DNA of 64,000 bases from Vairimorpha necatrix (Eukaryota), in contig CP142736.1 of the NCBI GenBank assembly GCA_036630325.1, forward strand, positions 186,001-250,000, given 5' to 3'. The number at the start of each line of letters is the position of its first letter. Position 1 is the first letter of the stretch. The notes below the pieces were generated by a model. The model made no database searches. It was not told where the DNA came from and was given only the letters and a program-made list of their open reading frames with translations. Positions 24,003 to 35,206 of the stretch are shown piece after piece. The position numbers were made by a program, and so were the translations under genes.

Positions 24003-26293
24003 ATGAATATTTACAGAATTTTTCATGTTTTCTTATTTGCACAAGGATTTCAACATGTTTATGATAAACTTAATACACTGATTAACAATAAAATTAAAAA
24101 TAAAGAATATTGGGAAATTGACACTGAGAAGATATATTTAAAAGCAAAATTATCTTTTGACAGTACTAACAATCAATTAATCGGATTTTTTATCAAAAAA
24201 AGTTTCAATTCCACTATTGAAGAACAAGTAAATAGAATAAGAGTTGACTGTGATGGTAGATTAATCCAAAATATTATTGAAGAATTTGAATTGAAAGTTT
24301 TACATGAATATGAAAAATTTAATATAGATTACATTGTGATAATTTATGAGTCCAAATATTGTGCTTTTAATCTATTTGATCAAATAATCAATTTTTTAAG
24401 AACAACAAATATGGATAGGAAAAAAAATATATACTGTTCTAATATAATATATGAATACATAATCCATGATAATATATTCTGGAATCAAATATTTGTTAAT
24501 ATTTTTGTTCAGAACTCAAATTATGAAATGAATAAAAAAAAGATTTTGCTCACATATAGTAAGAGAAACAATATGCGTTATATAAATTTCTGTATAAATT
24601 TTTCTAATTTTTATTATTTTTTTGAAATAAACGTAGAAGAAATTGTTAAACAAGAGATTTACTCTCAGATTAATGTAAAAACAGCAATGAAAAATGAATT
24701 CGATGAAGAAATAAAAAGAAATCTGTATACCTTGTACGAGGATGTTGATCTTGATAATCTTGAAAGACATTATTCTCCGAGTTTTGTTGCTTGTACGGCA
24801 GATAAAATTAAATTTCGCCACAGCAAATTAGAAATTGTATTAGGTACTAATTCAATTCTTTTCGCACAAAAATATAATAACTATGTTCATAGTCAAAGAA
24901 ATATTGCAAACCAACTTGGAAATAGGTCAACCGACGAAGATAAATTCCTAAAAAAATTTAAAAAACTTTTTGAAAAGATTACTGAAATAAATACAGTCGT
25001 AGAACATTGTAAGGGCGTTGAAATGTTTTTTATGTCAATAGAGTGTGGTAATGTTCTTGATTTTCTTCTGTGTAAGATTTTGAATGACGCAGATTTACCA
25101 TTTTATGTTCTATTGGGACATATTTTGTTTTGTAATGAATTAATTACCGAAAACGAGTTGAAAAAAATTATAAGAAGTGAAGGCTTAAATGTATTTGAAA
25201 GAATACAAATTTGTAAAAAATTGAAACAAATTTTATCAACAGACAATTGTAGATCAAGTACCTTTATAATAAAAATTTGTTTATTCATCGAGGCAGAAAA
25301 ATACATAAATGATAACAATATTGAAAGCTTTTTGCAATTTAAAATATTAAATAGAATCGGAAATCTAATAAAGAGAAAAGAAAATTCTCAAAGTTATTTT
25401 AAAAGGATAAAAGCTATGTTAACAATAAAGAAAAATGAGATTGATTTAATTAAAATATATCAAGAAGTAGTAAGATACCATTTAAAAGACATTAAAAATT
25501 GTAAAAAAAGTGTATGGAAAGAGATTTTTAGCATAGCATCGTTATTTACAAGATTAGAAAATAATGAATACATAATAAATAATACAAAATACAATACAGT
25601 TTTAAACGATGTACTATGTTCTTTAAATCTTGATAAAAACATAGTAGAAATAAATAATGAAATTATAAGAAGAAAATTATTTGAAAATACTCGGAAAAGA
25701 AAAGTAATGGAAGAAACAAAAATTATTCTACAAAAACTCAATGAAAAATATTTAGATAGAAAATTGAATAACTTAAAACATGAGGCTTTGAATAAAAAAT
25801 CAAGAATTTATATGATGAGGAGGTAACTAAAAATTTTGAAAATGATTTAATTCAGAGGGGGACAATTATTATTGAAAAAATATTTAATTATGAAAAAATA
25901 AAAAAAGACTTAGCCGAAAAATTTGATGCATTCTGGAACAAAGAATTTAAAATTAACGAACAATTAAAATTTTATCATGAGATTAAAAACATTTATTATT
26001 GGATTGAGGAATATAAAACCATCGAAAAAGAAAAGTTTCGATTTGAAATAAAAAGCAATATTAATCAAAATATATTAAATAATAATGAACACTATATAAT
26101 TGAAGTATTAGAGGCATTGTTCGAATCTGAAATTTTGAATGAGTCACTTATGAGAGAAAAGTGTAAAAAATATTTAAAAGATATTCAGATGATTATAGAT
26201 AAAAAAAATGTTCTTGAGCCTTTGAATGATATTTCTAAAAAGAAATTACATGATCTACTAATTAATACATTAAAAGCTAGAATATTACAATAA
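24003..26293 (+). CDS. ~760-aa family copy 3, with a single 1-bp frameshift at ~25794-25799
   Basis: CCCAT precedes the ATG. The ORF ends at 25826, but adding one A to the A6 run restores KKIKNLYDEE and an open frame of ~165 codons to TAA at 26291-26293, collinear with the paralogues. Confidence 0.82.
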
Positions 26294-26799
26294 AAAATCA
26301 TTAATTTTATTCATGTTTAATAAATTAAAAATTATAGCGTTTTAATTATTTTTAAATAATTTCTAATAGAAAAAATAAAAAATATAACACAAAATTTCAT
26401 CTGTATTTATTTATTTGACTGTTTTTAAGGGATGTATCCTAATACGTCTATAAAAATATGATTATATTATAATTTTGGCGAACACTACTTCATTTATGAG
26501 GTTTTTATTAGATTTATCGATATATAAAAGATATCTATAAATTAAAAAAAAAGGTTATTTATCCATTTAAATATTGTTAAGATCATATCATACAGCAATA
26601 AGAACGGCAAAAATACAAAGAAATATTATATATTAAAATAGAGCAACTATAAGAAAAATTTTAGTCTACAATGAATTCGAAACTTTCGACAAGTACATCA
26701 AAATAATAATCTTTCGTTCTAATTTAGCATTATAAAAGATCTAAAAATTAGGTTATATATTTTTATGGTGACTTTATAAAATACATTATATTATTTTTA

Positions 26800-27092
26800 G
26801 GCCGAAAATTTACCAAATGTGATGACTTTGGATGGAATAGTAACTAATTTCCACGGCTCGCATATCAAAGAGCTCCAATTAGAACCCATAACGGAAGCAT
26901 ATATACAGACAAGAGTCCTTAACATGACTTTAGAAAGACCAACATGTCAATCAGACATAGGCTTGATCTGAACAAGAAGGGATAACAAAGGACCCAATAT
27001 GTGGATTTCTAGAGGAAATCCGGGAACTTTCAGAAGAAATTGTGAAAACTAATTAGTAAGTAAGAGATTATATTATACCCAAATAAAGTAAT
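26800..27092 (+). mobile_element. Short decayed 3' fragment of an RLE non-LTR element (related to 16959-17407)
   Basis: Translates as VMTLDGIVTNFHGSHIKELQLEPITEAYIQTRVLNMTL, versus VMTWDGIVTNFHRTHIKVLRLEPRTEAYIQSRVLKMTL in the 16959 copy. Boundaries are approximate. Confidence 0.8.
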
Positions 27093-27405
27093 TTTATTTT
27101 TAAGGAGTTTGTTGACCACAAAATAAAAGGTTATACTCTTAATAGATAATTTTAATAATTTATTTGTTTAAAATTAAAAATACAATCGTTTTATACCATT
27201 TTTTAATTTTCTTAATCATAATTAGAAAAGAAATTTCAGAATTAGCAACTCTTGGTTCTTTGATAATTATGCTTGAAGGAGTTATACTACGCAATTTTGA
27301 TAGCACTTTCAAATTATTTAAATATGCAATGTTAATAATATCTATAATTATAAAAATATGTTGCAAATATAACGTATAATTTGATTCAAAACCGTAATTA
27401 ATATA

Positions 27406-27742
27406 TGTGATGTACATTATTTATGAGATGGGTAGATGAAATAGACATCATCTGTCACACATGTCCAAAGGGATGTCAACAATCTCAAGTTGGCCGCCAA
27501 GATGTGTCACACAAACAAACGAACAAACAAAAGTTGCATGGACGCTACTACATTCGTAAGTACGCAAATGTTTGTGTTTAGTGTTAACAACAAATAATTA
27601 ATTAAAATAAAATATAAAAGAAAGTCTGTCTTTGAAGGGTATGGAATCTAGGAGAAAGGAATTTGCCATCAAAGAATAATTAATAATAAAAATTATTTAG
27701 AAAAATATTATGAAAATGAGCATATCCCACGGATACATGACA
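27406..27742 (+). mobile_element. Solo LTR (337 bp), diverged relative of the 4956-7087 LTR
   Basis: TGTGATGTACATT...GGATACATGACA ends match that LTR. 5-bp TSD ATATA (27401-27405, 27743-27747). Confidence 0.92.
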
Positions 27743-27824
27743 ATATAAAAAACAAATTTAATAATTAGAAGATTTATGCGCATCGCAACTAAAGAAGATC
27801 CACACCAAATGCATATTTATCATC

Positions 27825-28613
27825 AGGTGCCCCTAGCCCAGTGGTAGAAGGCAATGCTTCCATTGAGCAGTGTCTGGGTTCGATTCCCAGGGGCACCAAA
27901 ATTGTTTCTACTTTATATGATGCAGTTGGAACAACTCAGAAGATGAAAATGTCCACGATAATCATTAAGTTGATTTAATGAAACTTGTGTGTGTCCAGCC
28001 ACAAGGGGATTAGCATCTAGTGTAGAAACGCACCTCAAAGCCAAAAAGCAGTATCGCCCTTTGGTGACTTAATGATACATAAAAGTATCTAATGGGTACG
28101 GCCTAGTTGGAACCCATGACTGTTGCACTCAAGAGTGTGTTCTAGAGCCAACTAAGAGACTAGACGAAGTAGGGCTCTGGAAGGTCTCGTGGACCCTATG
28201 CTACAAGATTCTGTAACACGGTGGCCGAAACTAGTGCGAGACAGGTGGTCAACGCAGCCCAATAAAAACGCCGGGCTGGGGATGTGGTCGTGTAAAGAGC
28301 TCTGTGTGCAATACAGATTATCGATGGGATTTTTGAGTCAGTACGATGATGTCTATCCTCGGGTTATAGATAACCATGCCCGTTAAGTATATCCGCGGCG
28401 AGGTCACTCTGGATGCGATTTGAGGTATAAATGGAAAATGTCCTCTTGGAGCCAAAGTCCAATGGATACGGCGGAGCTTGCTGCACTAGCATATTGCATG
28501 GAGGGAGTTTTAGTGAGTAAGAATCCTACAGTACCAGTTGGATGAGGATCACACTCAAATTTCTCTGGTCCCTATGTAAGGTTTATACCTATCTCTACTT
28601 GCAAGAAAAAAAA
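27825..28613 (+). mobile_element. tRNA-derived SINE, copy 1 (~790 bp)
   Basis: tRNA-like head with A box TAGCCCAGTGG and B box GGTTCGATTCC, GC-rich body and A tail. Full-length match to 49518-50314. Decayed TSD (GCATATTTATCA / GCAAATTCAACA). Confidence 0.88.
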
Positions 28614-30667
28614 GCAAATTCAACACAGCTAGTTAAAAAGAATATTTTTAAGATTATTTAGGGAGATGCATATTATCGATTTTTTTTGTTTCTCGCCTAT
28701 CTCAACACTTTCTCTCACAACTTATGATTTCATCGGTTTCTAGCTACTTTTTTATGTTTTGAATTTCAAATACATTTGTGCAAATCTTCAATTATTGTTT
28801 ATTTTTAAATTGATGCTTTATACTTCTGATAGCATGTTTGTTTTAAGCCATATATAATCATGTTAGGATTACAAATATTAAAAAAATAAAAAAAAATGAC
28901 CATGTATCAAAAAAATCTCACTTTGTTAACCCCCAAAATGTTCTAAAATACATCATAAGTTTGATTTATATAGTAAAATGCATGCCTCTTTTTTTGTAAA
29001 ACACTTATATTCTTGTATAAAATTATTTTTTAAAACGCCGTATAATAATTTAAAAAATTAGAAATAATGTTTTCAGCTCATAAAAAGTTATAACATGTAT
29101 GGGGTAGTGACGTAGAGATATTATGACATTTTACATGAAAATGTAGCATGTATGTATATTAATGAGGTTCACCAATAATCCTTTAATAACGGCGAACAAT
29201 TATGTTTACGTCTTTTTTGTAATATTAAAAATTAATTTAAGCCCGTTATGTTAATATTAACTATGTAAAAATTGAATTTTCTATATTATGTGTTGTAGAG
29301 TTGGTCTCGAGACAATAATTAGTGGGCTTGTTGGAAGAAGGTGAATTATTAGTTAATCGTTTATTACTCATTGTTCCCTTCATAGGGCATTTTAATTAAT
29401 ACTTTTCCAAAACGTTTCCCTCCGAAATTAAGCATTTTATGAGAGAAATGAAAATGGAACAAAATGTTGAAAGTATAACATGTCAAATGTCATCCAATTA
29501 TTTATCAAATAACATTCGACACAAGATATTTGGTATGTGACATTTGGACTATAAATTTCGTAAATATATAAACCCATGTTTTCTAATAACAATTTTGCAT
29601 ACGACACAAAAGTTGTAGAAATATGTGTAGAACACATATTTGTAACATAATATTCGGAATTCTTAAAGATGTCAAATATCTCATTGTTTTAAACAAATAT
29701 AGATTTCATTATAAATGGGAATTCTGATGGTCAGCATAGGTATTTTTATGACAATATGTAAAAAATATTATTAAATTGATGCAAGCACAAAAATAGCAGC
29801 GAATTTAAATATTATGATTCTTACAAGTACAAGTAACATTACATAACTGTCACAATTAGAGACATTTGAACATCTGTCAAATAGCCTATGAAATCATATG
29901 TTGCCATGTTAAGCGGAAATGTTTAAATTTTTTATAATTGACTTTCAAGAATTCTAAATTTCATATTTTTTTTCAATAAATTTATTTTATTAATAGACTC
30001 AGAATAAAAAATATTTACTTTTATTAAACAGGCGATAAATTAAAAATTCTATGATTTATTTTCATTATGTTTTTTCTTAACATTGCTAATTATGATTTAT
30101 GTACTTAAGAAATTGAAATTCCAGTAAATTTGACAAAAAGCCACATCAACATTATCAATGCCATAATTTTTCTTTAAGCACTATAGACTTTGAAAGTATT
30201 CTAAAGCTTGGTGCAAAAAACACATATTTACAGTCATGAAAGAAACATCAATCAAAAAATACATGTTGGTTTGAAATGGGGCAACTTAGTGCATACCAAA
30301 AAGTGGAAGTGATGTTCAAGTAAATTATCAATATTAAATAAATGAATACCACCGCAAAATATACGAGTAAATAGAAAAAAATTACTTTTTTTTTGTAAAA
30401 AATATTGTAAAAACTTTAATCTTTTTATATTGCTTTATATAATTCTCAATGTCGAATTATAAAATTTCTTTAAACTTACATAACAATCAAAAATTAATCT
30501 TCAAATATTTTTGACATCAATCAAAACATCCAAATTGGTGTCAAATTTGTTTATTGACATGTCAAATTGAAATTTATAATTTGTATGTTTAAAATGTGTT
30601 TTTTTTACAAATCACAAATATGATGATTTTTAATAAAATATATTTAAAAAAATATTTTTTTTCCCAT

Positions 30668-32944
30668 ATGGTTTTTTTAAATTTTTTTACACTATTATCA
30701 TTATCACATGGATGTCAACGCTTCTACGATAAACTCAATAAAGCGATACTTAATAAAATAGAAAATAGAGACTACAACGAAATTAATACCGAAAAAACAT
30801 ACTTGATAGTGAATTTACTTTTTGATGCTAAAAATCATAGGTTAAATGGGGAAATATTGATAGAAAATCCTAATTCGCATATTAGCGAAGAAGATAGACA
30901 TATAAAAGTCGAATGCTATCAGAAATCTATTCAGGATATTGTCGATGAATTCGATGACAAATTAATACTAGAATTAAAAAAAATTAATACAGATTTTATT
31001 GTGTTAAAATATGGTTCGGAATACCATGAGAATTTTTTTTTTGAACAAATAATATGTTTTTTTAATCAAAAACATTTAGTGCGAAAAAATAAGAATATTC
31101 GTCCATGTATTACATATGAAATGATCTTAGAGGATAATTTATTGTGGATTGCAATGTTTGAAATTATGAAAAAACAAGATTTATTTAGAGAATTCATTAG
31201 CCAGAACATGCCAATCATTTATATCAAAAAGAAAAATGTACGTTATATAAATTTTTGTATTACTATAGAAAAGGTCTATTATATATTTGAAATAAATGTA
31301 GATTTGAATGATAAATATGAATTCTACTCTCAAATAAAGGTTAGATCAGAAAAAAGCGATGAAATTGAAGAAATAATTAGCAAATGTATACATAAATTGT
31401 ACAAAAATGTATATATTGATGACCTTAATAGATATTCGTTAAGTTATTTTGATGTTCGTAAAAATACTAAAATAGAATTTATTAGTGATACTATTTTTTT
31501 TGAAATAGAAAACGACACAATTTATTTTGCATACATGAACGATATTTATGTTAATTATCGATTAAACAAGACAAGGGTACAAGGAGACAAAGACAATAGC
31601 ACAGATCCGCGGATTTTACAATTTAAAGATTTTTTTGAAAAGATTTTTTCGATAGAAAACTCTGAGCAAAGATATAAAGGCGTTGAAATGTTTTTTAGAT
31701 TGATAGAGTGTACCGACATAGTAAATTTTTTTCTAAAAAGGATTTTAAGTAATAAAGGCTCTTTATTAAATGCGATATTGGGCCATATTATGTTATTTAT
31801 GAGATTAATCAAAGAAAACCAGCTAGAATATATTATAACAAAGGAAAAAATAAACGAATTACAACTTATCAAAGAATTAGAAAAAATATTATCAAAATCA
31901 AGCTGTAATGCAAACATTATTATAATAAAAATTTGTATATTTATGGAAGCTGAAAAATACATTAATGAACACGATTTTGAAAAATTCCCACAATTTAAAA
32001 TATTAAATAGAATTAACAATCTTATCGATATAAAGGAAAATGCTCAGATATTGACTGAAAATAACCAAAATTTATTGTCAATGAGAAAAACAAAGTTTGA
32101 TTTATTCAAAATATATGAAGAAGTAGTAAGAAATCATTTATTAGATTATGAAAATTTCAAAAAAAATTTATGGAAAAGGATTTTTTGCTTGGTATCATTA
32201 TTTACAGGATTGGAAAAGAATGAATGTAAAATCAATGATGATAAATTCTATATTTATAAAGATGAAATTTTATGCACATTGATCCATAATGTCAGTAAAG
32301 TAGAGAGAAATAATAAAATTATAAGAAAAAAATTATTTGAAAATGCTCGAAAAAGAAAAACAATGGAAGAAATAAATAAAATACTTCAAAAGCTCTTTGA
32401 AAAATATCTAGCCAAAAAGCTGAATAATTTAAAAGACGATGCTTTGAATAAAAAAAATTTGGATTTATATGACGAGGAGATAAATAAAAATTTTGGAAAT
32501 GAACTTATTCAAAGGGGAACGTTTTATTTTGAAAAATCACTTCATTATGAAAGTATAAAAATAGAGATGAATGAACAGTTCAATGCTTATTGGAACAAAG
32601 AATACGAGTTTGAGAACAATATAATTTTCTATAATGAGATAATACATAATAATTATTGGATTGAGGAATATAAATTTATTGAAAAAGAAAAGTTTTGTCA
32701 TGAAATAAAACTTAATATAAGTAAAAACTTAATGAATAACAGCCAGATATATTTAGAAAAGGCCTTAAGAGATATATTTTATAATGAAATAAATGGTTCT
32801 GCTATAAAAGAAAAGTGTGAAAATAATTTAAATAATATTCTAGCAGTTATGAGTCAAACAGATATAATCGAAGCTATAAATGTTATGCTTGGAATGAAAT
32901 TCCACAATTTGATGGCAGAAACGTTAAAAAATTACTCTTATTAA
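30668..32944 (+). CDS. ~760-aa family copy 4 (758 aa)
   Basis: Start revised from 30596 to ATG 30668, which follows CCCAT and aligns with the paralogue N-termini. Intact ORF. Confidence 0.9.
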   Translation: MVFLNFFTLLSLSHGCQRFYDKLNKAILNKIENRDYNEINTEKTYLIVNLLFDAKNHRLNGEILIENPNSHISEEDRHIKVECYQKSIQDIVDEFDDKLILELKKINTDFIVLKYGSEYHENFFFEQIICFFNQKHLVRKNKNIRPCITYEMILEDNLLWIAMFEIMKKQDLFREFISQNMPIIYIKKKNVRYINFCITIEKVYYIFEINVDLNDKYEFYSQIKVRSEKSDEIEEIISKCIHKLYKNVYIDDLNRYSLSYFDVRKNTKIEFISDTIFFEIENDTIYFAYMNDIYVNYRLNKTRVQGDKDNSTDPRILQFKDFFEKIFSIENSEQRYKGVEMFFRLIECTDIVNFFLKRILSNKGSLLNAILGHIMLFMRLIKENQLEYIITKEKINELQLIKELEKILSKSSCNANIIIIKICIFMEAEKYINEHDFEKFPQFKILNRINNLIDIKENAQILTENNQNLLSMRKTKFDLFKIYEEVVRNHLLDYENFKKNLWKRIFCLVSLFTGLEKNECKINDDKFYIYKDEILCTLIHNVSKVERNNKIIRKKLFENARKRKTMEEINKILQKLFEKYLAKKLNNLKDDALNKKNLDLYDEEINKNFGNELIQRGTFYFEKSLHYESIKIEMNEQFNAYWNKEYEFENNIIFYNEIIHNNYWIEEYKFIEKEKFCHEIKLNISKNLMNNSQIYLEKALRDIFYNEINGSAIKEKCENNLNNILAVMSQTDIIEAINVMLGMKFHNLMAETLKNYSY

Positions 32945-34249
32945 ATTTACTTTTATAATTTTTATACACAATACATGTGTGTTATCACAAATTTTTTTAT
33001 TTAGAACACATGAAACTAAAAAAATGCAAAATATAAATCCAAAGATTTTCTAAAATATTATCATTAATCATACCGTTGCTCTAGTTATAGTTGTTTTCCT
33101 AATTTACTCTGCTGAAATTTCTATCTCATACTTAGACATTTTGTGACATAAATGAATAACAATTATAAAGAAAATTCAAATTCAAACAGACTTGTAGCAT
33201 ATAAAATTAATCTTTTTAATTTTTGATTCGATAAATAAGCATTATTAAGCGTTTTTTAATTTATTATTATAAGAGTCGCAATAGAAGAGAATCACGATAA
33301 AATTTTTATTATGAAAACCGTCAAAAGTTTTGTTCACGTATTATACTTTGGAATTGGGTATTCAAAGTTCAAATTATAGAAGAATTATAAATGCCCTAAT
33401 ATTTTGATTGTTGGGAAGGGGGCCCTAGAAAGATTATTTGAGTATCTATTTTTATCAAACAGGAAAGGTTGAAGTATGTAGTGCAGGAGTAAGCTTTGTG
33501 CAATTGTATATATTCAAATGTACGGGTTCTTTAACTTCGCCTGTCACTAATTCTTTAAATGCTAACCGTGTTTTAATTTTTCGTTTTAAATCTCTATTGG
33601 CTTATGTTATAAAAAAAAATCTTAGTAGTTAATTCTAAATAAATGCTTAAGTTTCGATTGACAGAAATATGATCTTTTGCCTAATAAATAAAACATAAGA
33701 TAAATATCACAGTATTTTATAAAAGCGTAAAATTGAATTCTAGAATCAATCAAATAGTTGTTTTAACTTTTATCAAAATATTATTATTTCTAGTTTACCA
33801 TTGTTTCAAAATTTATGAACATATATATTTCATGTCAATTATATTTTACAATACAATAGGGTCAGATTTTCTAAGAGAACAATCGAAATAAATCATAAAT
33901 ATTGTCTATAAACATTTATTATAACCTGAGGGGTACAAATAATAAGGTATAAATATCACAGAAAAGTACATACATCAATAGAAATTTTGGTTTTATGTTT
34001 TAAGGCATATAGATCTAATAAAGTGATAAAAAGTTGGCTTTATTTTTTCATTAATTTCCCTCTTTTCTTTTAATTTCCTAAAAAATGATCACCTAACCCA
34101 GGAACCGGCAACGAAGCGCCCGTTTTCATTTTTTACATTGAGAAGTGTGGTATCCCACATGTCAAACATATCATTTTTGACATTTCTTGATTTGTTTACC
34201 CTGTAAACAAACAAAAAAAACTATAAAAGAAAATTCCATACTCAGGGGT

Positions 34250-35206
34250 ATGGAAGATAAGAGAAATAAACTATTTACTCAAAACTTATCTTTATTGGAG
34301 TTGTACTTCCGCAGGAGGTACGACATATTGAATTCAATAAGAGAGTACAAATATAATGAACTTCCACCCACGCGAGGAAGAGAAATCGCAGGGCACAACT
34401 CCAAAATTCAAGAAACAAAAGTAGTCACCATAAGAATTAAGACAGGTGAAGTGGATCTAGGAATCACTAAGAATGTAGAACTGATCAACGACATTTTCGA
34501 AATCGATCTACTAGGATGGTTCAAAAAGATCGAAGAAATTTTCCAAAGGAACAAATGGAATGAAGAAACTAAAAGGCTCTTTTTATACGATCTTATAGAA
34601 GATCAGATTATAGATAAAACCAAATTGAAAGATGATTATGAAGAGAACAAAAAATACATCATGTCCAAAGTATTTTCACAGAAAAGGGTCGAGAACTTAA
34701 TAGCAGAACTGAGTAATCTCAAACAGACTGACCACATCTTCTTCGACGACTATGTAAACGAAATCATGAATCGATTAACTATTTACAGTAAAGTATCCAA
34801 CTGTAGCATGAAAGAATACGAACGAAGATCAAAGGAATCTCTATACAGAGGACTAGGGTTAGAAACAGTAAGATATCTCGAGGAACAAAACCTCGAAACA
34901 CTACCTGAAATCATACCAGCTCTAAAAAGAATTGAAGAAAACATAATAACAAGATTTAACATACCGAGAAAGCTAAATAACACCTCAGGTATAAGATTCA
35001 TGAAAAAATGGTGTAAAGTCCACAAAACTTTGGGACATACAACGAGAGACTGCGGGCAAAGCAATGAAACAAATCGATCGAATATGAGCAAAGTAAAACA
35101 CGAAAAATTCAACAACTACAAAAAGACAGTAGTTCCCGATACCCATCAAAATTTAAAGAATACAACAGAAAGACTTCAGAGCCCAGGGAAAATAAAAACT
35201 CTTTAA
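34250..35206 (+). CDS. gag: Gag (start revised to ATG 34250 inside the 5' LTR)
   Basis: GGGGT-ATG context; WCKVHKTLGHTTRDC zinc knuckle. Confidence 0.85.
   Translation: MEDKRNKLFTQNLSLLELYFRRRYDILNSIREYKYNELPPTRGREIAGHNSKIQETKVVTIRIKTGEVDLGITKNVELINDIFEIDLLGWFKKIEEIFQRNKWNEETKRLFLYDLIEDQIIDKTKLKDDYEENKKYIMSKVFSQKRVENLIAELSNLKQTDHIFFDDYVNEIMNRLTIYSKVSNCSMKEYERRSKESLYRGLGLETVRYLEEQNLETLPEIIPALKRIEENIITRFNIPRKLNNTSGIRFMKKWCKVHKTLGHTTRDCGQSNETNRSNMSKVKHEKFNNYKKTVVPDTHQNLKNTTERLQSPGKIKTL

Noticed and set aside
27826-27898. tRNA gene (also 49520-49592)
   Set aside because: The anticodon arm is irregular, and the head is fused to a shared ~700-bp body with an A tail and TSD, so it is a SINE head rather than a tRNA gene.
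29291-29434. Further solo-LTR candidates starting TGTTG (29291, also 33409)
   Set aside because: No matching CA end with an exact TSD could be read.
30596-30667. ORF-track N-terminal extensions (30596, 34187, 50935)
   Set aside because: They use non-ATG starts; downstream ATGs have the CCC/GGG context and match paralogue N-termini.
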